From Cyanophora paradoxa CCMP329 (taxonomy: Eukaryota > Plantae > Glaucophyta), in contig QPMI01000409.1 of assembly GCA_004431415.1 (NCBI GenBank), positions 186,001-250,000 of the forward strand: a DNA stretch of 64,000 nt. The letters are read 5' to 3'. Position numbers and translations under genes: made by a program. The notes beneath the pieces are model-generated. The model had not been told where the DNA came from and made no database searches. It worked only from the letters and a program-made list of their open reading frames with translations. Of the stretch, positions 12,306-22,529 are shown one piece after another (the first letter of the stretch is position 1; every line of letters begins with the position of its first letter).

Positions 12306-14735
12306 ATGGGCGGCAGCGGAAGCCGCCTTGAGAAGGAGAACATATCCGCCTACGGGCTCGAGAACTTCGGTAACACGTGCGTGTGAAGGAACCCGCCTCG
12401 TGCAAATGAGCCGATACAGCGCCCGCCTGTCGCCCCGCGCCTCGCCCCCCGCGACGGATCGGTCGTCCCGGCGCGCCTCACGCTGCCCCCGCAGCTGCTA
12501 CTGCAACAGCGTACTCCAGGCGCTCTACTATTGTCAGCCTTTCCGTCGACGCGTGCTCGAGTATCTGCAAGAGCACGAGAAGGATGCGTACAAAGGTGAG
12601 GCGGTCGAGTCTGCGCGGGTCCCGCACGCCGAGCGGCGCGGGCCCAGCCGTGCGGTCCTGCCCAATGCGCTGCGCCGCACTCGATCGCGGGGCCGCACCG
12701 CCTCACGCTGCGTCGCGGCAGCGTCGGAGGACGACACCAGTCTGCTCATGTGCCTCGCGGAGCTGTTCCACACGATATCGATCTCGAAGAAGAAGCAGGG
12801 TGTAATAGCGCCACGGAAGGTGCGGCGGGCTCCTCTGGAATGCACGTCCCTCGCGCCCCAGCGCTGACCGCGCGGCCCAGTTCGTGTCGAAGGTGAAGAA
12901 GGAGAACGAGCTCTTCCGCAGCTTCATGCATCAGGTGCGCGCCCGCACATCCCCCTCGCCTCGACGCGGAGCCGACCAGGGCCGGTCCAGGATGCCCATG
13001 AGTTCCTCAACTACCTCCTCAACGAGATCGACGAGCAGCTCAAGAAGGTGAATTGTACCCCTCCCTTGCCCTGCGGCTCGCGGCGTGCTGAGGCCCTAGG
13101 GGGGTGCAGGAGGCTCGGGAGCGGCCCGCGGTGCCGCCGGAGCCGCCTTCGCACGGGAAGCGCGGACGCTCCAACTCCATCCGCCTACCCCCCCTCGCGG
13201 CGCCGCCCACGGTACCACACGACGGGGACGCCCGCCCGCCCACCGCCCCTCTCCCCCACCCCACCTCCGCCCCGATCCTCCACACCCTTGCGGACGGGCG
13301 AGGTACACCGCCGGTGTCCGCGGCCCCGCCCCCCTCCTCGGCCGGCGACGGCGAGCAGCGCACCTGGATCCACGAAATATTCCAGGCACCTCCACCCCCC
13401 TCCCTTGATATCCTCTCCACCGCTTCTGATGTCCGGCAGGGGGTGCTGACGTCGGAGACGCGGTGTCTGAACTGTGAGGCGACGACATGCCGCGACGAGC
13501 GTACGTGCTCCTGCTCGGAAACATCGAGAACAACGCTGACGCGCGCATCGTCTGTCGCCAGGCTTCATAGACCTTTCCCTCGATATCGAGCAGGTGCAAT
13601 CGGATCAGATCAGATGAGAACTAACATAGAGGGGCGGGGGCCCCGGCCCGAGCTGGCGGGGTCTGACGGGGTCGGCCGGGCCCCGGCCTTCGCTCGCAGA
13701 ACACGTCGCTGACGTACTGCCTGAAGTCGTTCGGGGCGGTGGAGACCTTGGGGGGCAACGACAAGTTCTTCTGCGAGACCTGCCGCTGCCTCCAGGAGGC
13801 CCAGCGCCGCATGCGGGTACGGCACTTTTGGAAGGGGGAAGGGGGGGGGATGCTCGGCTCAGGGGGGTACAGGTGAAGCGGCTGCCGCGGGTGCTGGCCC
13901 TCCACCTGAAGCGCTTCAAGTACATCGAGCAGCTGCAGGCGCGCCGCCACAACCCGGCCCGCGTACCCCCGCCACCCCGCTGACGCGCCTGTACCCGCCT
14001 GCAGCGGTACAAGAAGCTCTCCTACCGCGTCGTCTTCCCCCTCGAGCTGAAGGCAGGCCGTGGCCGGGGCCGAGCGCCGCCCCGTCGGCTCCCTCTCACC
14101 CGCCCGCTGACGCGGCGAGCCCCGCCCGCCCGCGATCGAATCAGGTGTGCAACGCGTCGGAGGGGGCGGAGGATCCCGACCGGCCCTACTCCCTCTTCGC
14201 CGTCGTCGTCCACGTCGGCTCCGGGCCCAACCACGGTCCGCCGGCCCCGCCCGAACCCTCGCCATCACCTCGAACGAGATAAGCTCTGGCGAGCTAAGCT
14301 GCCCCGAAGCAAGGCACAAGCCTAAAGACAGTTGCAGCACGTTTCTTAGGCCTGTTCAGCTCAAGCGAGCTCTCGCCACCTCCGAGACTCTGTGCCTGTG
14401 TACCTGAAGCTCGCTCGCGCCCCGGCAGGCCACTACGTGACGGCGGTGCGGAGCGGGCAGCACTGGGTCCTCTTCGACGACGACACTGTCGAGCTCCTCG
14501 ACGAGGGCGCCATCCAGGCCCGCCCCGCCCCGCCCCGCCCCTCGTGAGAGGCCTTTTGAAAAAAGATAAGAAGAACTATAGGATTAAAACTATAGAAATT
14601 GAATGTCCGCACCGCCCCACACTGATCTCGAGCTCGGGGGGCCCCGGGGCGCAGGCGTTCTTCGGGCTGACGCAGGACAGCGCCGGTTCCACCGAGGCGG
14701 CGTACATCCTCTTCTACGCCTCCGAGGGGCCTTAG
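12306..14735 (+). CDS. USP12/46: Ubiquitin carboxyl-terminal hydrolase, USP12/USP46 (plant UBP3/4) family, multi-exon
   Basis: [11 protein letters not shown]-terminus; Cys box [19 protein letters not shown]; [12 protein letters not shown]; KFFCETC; His box [18 protein letters not shown]; AYILFY. Confidence 0.95.
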
Positions 14736-15195
14736 AGCAGCCTGGATCGGAGGAGCTAGAGCGTCGCGCCGCCCTCTTCTCTTTCTCTGTTTCTTTCCCC
14801 CGGCCCCTCCCCCGTCCCGTTGTCCCCTACAGCTAGCGCCGCCCCCAAGGCTAACAGCGGGAAAGGTCCCGAAATGCGGGGCCTGCGCTTGCAGGGAGCC
14901 AAAAACAATAACGATCGACTGCGTTCTGTACACCAGGAACATGGAATTGGCGCGGAATCGAGAGAAGACAGGGAGAAGGCGCGAGGACCAGGAAAGCTGT
15001 GTCTGCCTGGAGAAGAAGAGGAAGAGAAGCGGTGATAGCTCAGGAATAAGGATGCCGGTGGCGGAGGAGCGCGGCTGGAGAGGCGGAGGGATGGACGGGG
15101 GAACGAGCGCCGCCCGCCGCACTCGAAAGAGACACAAGGGCGGGGGGGCGGAGCGACGAAGGGGAGGAGCAGCGAGAGGCGGAGAAGAGATGAGG

Positions 15196-15813
15196 CTACG
15201 CGGCCGCCTGCCTCGGTGCGAACAGGTTCTTCGACTCGCCGAGAGTGCGAATGCCGTTCTTGTCAACCACCTTGATAAGGTAGTTCGGCTGGTTGATGAG
15301 CAACCGGAGCTGGATCTCCTTGATGCATTTCTCCATAAGCTGGAGGCCCTGGGCCTCGCTCATGGACTCCTGGTAGTGCCGGTCAAGCACGGAGAGGCAG
15401 AAGAACGAGCCGTAGCCGTGCGCGGCGGTCTTCATCGGGTGCATCGATGCGATGTAATCCATGAAGTACAGGGACGGCTGACCGCTGTGCTTGTCAAAGC
15501 CGGCGACGAGAATGTTGCACTGGTACGGGCTCTGGCGCAGGTACTTCGCGAGCTCGCCGCGAATGAAGTGCGCCGCCGCGTGCGTGTCAAGTTGAATGCC
15601 AGTCCGGTACTTGTACAGGTGGATGTTCTTCTGGATATACTCCGTGAACTGGATGGTGTCCCCGAGCTCGCCGGCCGCCGCCAGAAGCTTGGAGTCATCC
15701 AGCTCCATGATCTTGTCGGCCGCATCGTGCATGACGACGACCGAGCGCGGGTTCGACATGTCGCAGGCAACCATTACGTAGCCATCGCCGACGAAGCCGA
15801 TGAGGGAATCCAT
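15196..15813 (-). CDS. PSMB2: 20S proteasome subunit beta type-2 (beta4), intronless CDS
   Basis: MDSLIGFVGDGYVMVACD...GELGDTIQFTEYIQKNIHLY...SPYQCNILVAGFD...AHGYGSFFCLSVLDRHY; 205 aa. Confidence 0.96.
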   Translation of the reverse strand: MDSLIGFVGDGYVMVACDMSNPRSVVVMHDAADKIMELDDSKLLAAAGELGDTIQFTEYIQKNIHLYKYRTGIQLDTHAAAHFIRGELAKYLRQSPYQCNILVAGFDKHSGQPSLYFMDYIASMHPMKTAAHGYGSFFCLSVLDRHYQESMSEAQGLQLMEKCIKEIQLRLLINQPNYLIKVVDKNGIRTLGESKNLFAPRQAAA

Positions 15814-15828
15814 CGCGAGTACGTGGAT

Positions 15829-16101
15829 CTGCGCGGTACGCGCAGAGTCAAGGTCCGCACGGGGAGCCTCGCTGGACCCCGCGCTGAGGTCAGACGCACC
15901 GAGCAGCGCCTTCCGGGGGGTAGGAAAGGGGGATACAGGGTTTAACCAGGTTGGGGTCAGCCACCACCACTCTGGTCTCGATATGGCTTCCTATCGCTTC
16001 ACTTAGAGCTCCCCTTGACACCTGCGTTCCAAGTACCGGCCTCTCACCTGCGTTCTTGCGCGCGCCCTAGCCCGGCCCGCCAAGGGCGCACTCTGATATA
16101 G
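15829..16101 (-). promoter_or_regulatory. Putative TATA element and 5'-UTR intron of the proteasome gene
   Basis: Minus-strand ctatat near 16096-16101; donor CAG/GTGAGA at 16047; acceptor gcgcag ending at 15829, 15 nt before the ATG. Confidence 0.45.
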
Positions 16102-17439
16102 CGCTCCGGCGACGCTGGGGAACGCGGCCGCTGCCACTTCATCGCCACCGCCTTGCACCCGCCGCGCGACCAACACACCGGTACTTATGTACCTCCCACG
16201 TGCATGCGCACCCGCCGCCTGCGCAGCTCAACCCTAGGCTCGCCCACCCGTTTCGCCGCCGGTGAGCCGATCCTCCTACCGTTCGCACTTGGAAGCACAG
16301 CCAAGAATTCCACGGGGCCCGACGCGGACGCCGGCGGGCATTCGAAGAGGTGTCGGGCCCGGGGGAGAAGAAGGCGGAAGTGGAGGCCCACGCCTCCGTC
16401 ATCCGCGACACCTCCTGGTCCGCACTGCCCCGCCCCGATCGCGACGGCGCCCCTCCAGGCCCCCGCTGCCGACGCCGCGGCGCCTGCAGCTGACGGGCCG
16501 GGCCGGGGCGCCGGCGCCGCAGGCACCGCCCATCCCCGCCGCCAGCACCCGCGGCCGGCCAGCAGCTGCCCCGCGCTCCGCCATTGTCGTTCCAGACTTC
16601 TGCTCCGCCTCCGCCTCCGCCTTGGCCTCCTCAAGCTCTCTCTAGCCGACGTATCTCCTCCACTTGCGCCCATCCGCGAGCGCCTCCCCGCTGCCCCAGC
16701 CTCGTCCCCGGCCCTACCTCCGTTCCGGCTTACGATCATAATGCTCCCGCTCTCGGCCGCGCCGCCCCCGCCGCCCTTCTCGCACTGCGGCAGGCCAACG
16801 CCATCCTCCGACTCGGCCTTGCCCATCTGCCGCCGCGCCCGCCCTCTCCTGTGCAGCGCGCTTTGCCGCCCCCTCTGCCCTGGCCACAACCGCTTCTCCC
16901 GATCGGGGACTCTGGCCTGCCAGGCTGCTGCTGCGCATGCGCAGCCGGGCCCGGCACGCCCCTCCTCGAGAATGGCGCCGGTGGCGAGCAGCCGGCAAGC
17001 TAGGGCTGCCCCGGCGGAGGAGCCGGGGCCGCACTCGCGACCTCGTGCGCGCGGTATCGCTCCACCGTACATTTCCTCTCCCTTCCGCTCTTCCTGACGG
17101 TACCCCGGTACCCCTAGGCGTAGGCCTTCAGACGCCTGCGACCGGTTTCGGGGGACGATCGGCTCCTTCGCTAGCTGCAGGCGCGCCCCATATGCATGAA
17201 CGTCGCCGGCGCCGAGGCTATTAGCGCCTCCGGATCCTCGACCTGGTACCCCCCGACACTCAGTTCCCCTCTTGAGCTCCGGATCCCCGCTGACCTGTAC
17301 CCATTCAGACCTCGAATTGGTCGCTGTTTGCGCGCGCATGCATGAGACGCTCGCTGAGACGAATTTGGAGGCGAGCGGGACCGGTGCCACGCCCCGCCCC
17401 GGCCCGAGCTCCAGCTCGCGGAGCTCCTCGCGACCGACC

Positions 17440-20400
17440 GGCATCTGACCATGATGATGACCGCCCCTCGTATTTTAATCAGGAGCGCGCGCCTGACGTC
17501 CCACCTCTGGCCATGGGATCCGTCCCGCAGAGTAATCATGATCATGAATTCCGAAGGAGCCGTGTGCATGAGATTGGATTCGTGCGGCGACGGATCCTGG
17601 AGACCTGACTCTCACTTCAATAAGTTCATCCTATATATACAATGTCACTCCATCAAGACCATGGAATGCATCCGTACGCCGCGGACGTTAACGTTCGTGT
17701 ACAGCCAGCAGAGGGTAATTATAAGGCCGCTGGTTTATGATTATAATCATCTTCATGCAACCGGCACCTTTTACCTGTATAGCTAATTTATTCTCGACGC
17801 ATCTAACCTTTACAATTGCAACCTTTACCTTTATTCACGTCGCCGAGTCGCGTGTAATTTAAATGCGCATCTCTACATTTTCCTGGGGACCCCTAATATT
17901 CACGATCACGATCACTGCGAAACATGTACATGTGCATGCGCGTGCTTCGATCGGGACAATTGCAATTCATAAGATTAATCTTGGTGGCATTTGTCAACCT
18001 ACACCTTAAGCTTATTCATTCTCGTCACATATAATTATAAGTGCGCAGCTTTACATTTTCCCGGGGACCCCGGCCGCGGGCCCTGGCCTCACGATCACGA
18101 TCGCTGCGAAACATGTACATGTACTTATATATGTACGTGCACGTGCTTCGATCGCATATACTTCGAGGAGGGGTGGTTTTTTTTCGCCGACCATCAGTAA
18201 TCGATTACTTCGAATTTGGTAACTGCAATATTAATGACCCAGTGGGCGAATCATCGATCGCACGCGATATCGATCGATGATTCGCCCACGCACATTGCTT
18301 ATGTATACGTATACGTACGTACGGATCGGACTATAATTGTAAGCATGTTCAGCGTTGATCGTGACTTAATTTGACGTAGGTGTTATTATGAACACAAATG
18401 TTAATCATGATTATAATTACAAGCTCGAGTCACATCGCTAACGTTCAAGGTTCTTTTCTCAAGTTGATTCGAGCTGGATCCCGGAACGGGAAATGTCCGT
18501 CGCGCTCTTTCTAATATTTATCTTCATGATCAGAAGCGCTTTCCGAAGTTCTTGAGAGTTCCATATGCATGGCACGCATGCACACTGGAAGAACTGAGAA
18601 GGTCGACGTCATTCTTTCGACATTCCGTTGCTGGAAACGGCGTTGGCCTTGGTACTATATATATATACAGTGTAGATTTAGATTTAGATCTAGATCCGGA
18701 ACTTATTTTTGCAGAATTTATGCGCGATATCGAGATGTCACGCGCAGCAAGATTAACAGCTGTTATGCCAGATTTAATAATTCCTTCAGCGGTACGCATA
18801 CCGCTGCGGGTGCGCATGCGCATGCGTGAAGTTAACGTTGATCGTGTGCGCGTACGGGCCAATCTCTCACGCCTGCTTGGCCTTGCGCGAGCAGATCTAG
18901 ATGCTGAAGATTACGGGATTGTTGGGCCCGCACACCGCATCGTACATGGTGACTCGCCCGGCTGCCATCGATCTCCCTCGTATGCATGAGCAACGAGATC
19001 AAGAACAATCGATGCATATGTCGACGTCGCGGGTGGTACACGCGTACGCCATCGTTGCTACCTAGTAGTTATATTACATTGAAGCCACGGCGCAGTTTCG
19101 TCGCATATACACCGATCTCGGGCTGTACTGACCCATCCCGGATGAGCTGCAAGATGTTCACGTATACGCGTGCACGCGCGCGTACGTCATGATCATGATA
19201 TCGATCATGATCATCTGCATGATCATGATATATATCGGCCATCCGGGTGCGCCGTTTCCATAATCTTCCGCTTCTGTTTAATATATGTATACGTACATGT
19301 GTAATTCTTCTTGCACTGCAGAAACTTGACGTTGACGCTCGGGAACGTCGACCAAGCTTATAAAATTAAGCTGGCCATGCATATGCGCATGCCCATGCCA
19401 CGATGGACCAGGGCGCGTATATACGTACGCGATGCCACGATGGACCAGGGCGAGTACGCGTGCGAAATTCAAACCACCAGTACCTGCAGCTGATCATATG
19501 TCTCTCCTAGTGATATGAGCGATCGCGAGCTCGAGCTCGATCGCGAGGCAGCGGTACCGGTGCTAGCGCTGAATATTAATAATGGCCATGGAGCGGTCGC
19601 GCGCGCGCGGGCCGGGTCGCCATCAGCCAACTTGATCTTCGATCATGAATTCCTGCAAGCTTTCGAATTCTAGATCTAGATCTAGATCTGATCATACGCA
19701 TGCATCGGATATATTCTTGAACTTATAATTATGCCCGGCCATATGCCATATGCATGCATGGCCTGCAGCTGGGAGCATGAACAGTGCGAGCTCGATCGAT
19801 ATCTCTAAGTGAATCTAGATCTAGATCTTTCGAAATTGCTGGTCAAGGCTTCCGAAATTGCAATTAATATTAAGCTCGTCCGGATTGAAAGATTTTTTAA
19901 CGCCGGCCCCAGCTATATAAAGCTAGCTATAGCTATAGCTATAGCTAGGGCGCTAGCGTTGATTCTCGGATACTATGATACGGATCGACGATGTCGATAT
20001 CAAATTTTGCTAACGTTTATGATCCGATGATCAAAGTTTAGGTGGTAACGAATCATGATCAGATTTCTTTAAACGGTAGACGTATACGTCCGTGTACCGT
20101 AGTACGAATTCGACGCTTCGAATTCAGCTGCGCTAGCGCTAGCGCTCGAGCGCTAGCTCATTATCATTGCACGTGCTCATCATGGCATCATGGCAACCGA
20201 TGATCCAGATCTAGATCTAGATCTGCGTATACGTATGCAGCCTTGCAGCTCGCGAGCGCATGATACACGCTCGCGTACGCGTTCGCGATCGTATACGCGG
20301 TAGAAATTTGAATCGCAAGCTTCGCGATCGATGTTGCCAAGTTAACGTTGTATACGTACGTATCTATGTACGTTCTCGCGATCGTTCGCGAAATCCACAT

Positions 20401-21990
20401 TTGTGCATGCATACGCATGCGCAGCTGCATGCCGCCGTGACTGCGCATGCACAGCTGCTGTAGATACGTACACGTGCGCGCGGGCGTGGACGCGACACAC
20501 ATGCATATAACGCGCATGCATGCGCGCGTATACGTACTACAGTATACGTACCGTATACGTAGTACGCGTACGACTGCAATCGCGAATAACCGATAACCGC
20601 GATATCGATCGCGGTATACGATCGGCTTTAAATTTCAATTCAAGATGATTTTAAGCGTTATATTAAGCACGTATACGTACGCGTGCTATATGTTCATGCG
20701 CATGCGCATGCATATGATCACGCGGCGCGGCAGATATCGATACTGACAGAAATTAAATATATGATCATATGCCGCAGTGCATGAATTCGAAGCTTAAGGC
20801 CTAGGCCTAATTATATAAGCCGGCGCCTGCACGCACATGTACTACGTATACGGTACATGTAATGACAGAAAACAAAAGCGTATACTTATACACATGCCAC
20901 AGTGTGCTGCATATATGCGCACACGTGCACATGAATATTGTATAATTATTCATCGCGGCTTATGCGGTCGAGTTCCGCCGCGCGCGCCCCGGCGCCCGGC
21001 TGCATGCGCAGTACTATATATGGCTAGTGCAGCGTGCAGCTGCAGATGCAGACGACATGTACAGATCTATCATAGTATATACTGGTATAGCTAGCTATCA
21101 ATTGCAAAGTAGTCTACGTACACCGGTTACCGAGCTCGCGATATCGATCGAGGCCCCGGCCGCGGCCCGGCCCCGCGCGCGGCCAGCGTCGAGCTCTGCG
21201 CATGCATATACACGTACGCGTGGCGCGCGCGCGCCGGCGCCGGCGCGCATGCGCACGAACGCAACGCCTGCATGCGCATATGCGCCGGCGCGCGCTGAAT
21301 TCGAACTACGTATACGTATCTACTAGCTACAGTATATATGCGTCGTGCTAGCTTTAAATATAACGTTAACGCTGAGACTCGCGATCGATATCGTGCGCAT
21401 GCACATATATATGTTTACGTACGCGTAAACCGTTGATCGTACATCGATCCGATATATACGCAACTTTTTGAATTCAAAGTTTAAACTTGGCTCTAGATAT
21501 AGATCTACTAATTTACCAGTTAGTAAATTTAAAAGTTATCATAGAATGATCCGCGCGCGATGCCATGCATATGATGATCCGATCGCGAGATCGATCGCGA
21601 TGATCCCGGCCCGCCGGGCCGCTGCGGGCCGCGCGCGGGCCCCGGCCCGGCCCGCCGCGCAGGCCATGCCCGGCGCTAGCTATAGATAGATGTAGTGTAC
21701 CTACCTGTTGAGCTAGCGCTGTATGCGCAGCTTGCAGGCCACTGGGCCATGGCCAGGCCCGCCAGCTAGGGGCCTACTAGGCTATGCCAGGTCTAGGAGA
21801 GCCATGCCATGATGGCCAGGACCCGCGCCGGCGCCATACCGGTACCGGTACGTGAAAATTCCGGCGTACTACGGTACCGGTAGGCTGCGGTAGCTATAGT
21901 TAGTATAGTACGCGTTTGGCCCACCCACCGGCGCCAGGCTGTAAGGATTCGAATTCGAAGCCCGGCGGCCGCCGACAGTACTAGTGCCCG
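17440..21990. repeat. ~4.5-kb lower-GC island composed of nested short perfect palindromes
   Basis: Dense gatc, tacgta, atgcat, agatct, gaattc, gctagc, gcgcgc; 26-bp palindrome at 19923-19948; tctagatctagatctaga near 19670; no credible ORF. Confidence 0.85.
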
Positions 21991-22529
21991 CGGCCGCGGC
22001 CGACACTCGAGACGGCGGCTTTTTTTATTGGGGGGGTAAGAAAACTCCGCCGCGTTTTCGTCTCATTTTCGTGTGGTTTTAAGTTATTTTATTCGAGATT
22101 TGGTCAACTTTGTTAACATTAAATCCAATGTATATATGTACATACACTGCTTTTTGAAAATTTCAATTTCCATGCAAAACTAATTTCTGTACTATATTTA
22201 CCTTGATTTTACTTATTTGGGGGGGAATTCTGGCTATAGCTAGCGGGGCCGACACCTTGGCACGAAGATCTCGACTCGAGCTCGGGCCACTGGCCCAGTG
22301 CGCATTGTTTGCGTCGTATCACTCAGCCGCGCCGGGGCAGGGGAGTCGGACCACGCGGTGCGCTCTTGAAGGCTTCCGAACTTCGGAAGTTCTCAGGCTC
22401 GGACCGTCTGCCGGGCGAAGGCCCTGGCCTTCGGACGCGCCCTCGCCGAGAAGGCTCTCGCGGATCGATGCGGTGAGTTTGCGGAGGGAGTCGTCTCCGA
22501 GGCTCAGCGGCTCGCGAAAACCAGCAGAG

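Noticed and set aside
14941-15945. 334-aa plus-strand ORF
   Set aside because: Antisense shadow of the proteasome beta subunit gene.
16153-17444. Overlapping 314-aa and 419-aa ORFs
   Set aside because: Low complexity with no domain or convincing splice pattern; a gene cannot be supported.
17451-21689. Short ORFs within the palindrome island
   Set aside because: Translations reflect the palindromic low complexity and show no protein motifs.
22015-22235. AT-rich tract as a DNA transposon terminus
   Set aside because: No matching inverted end or TSD found in the window.
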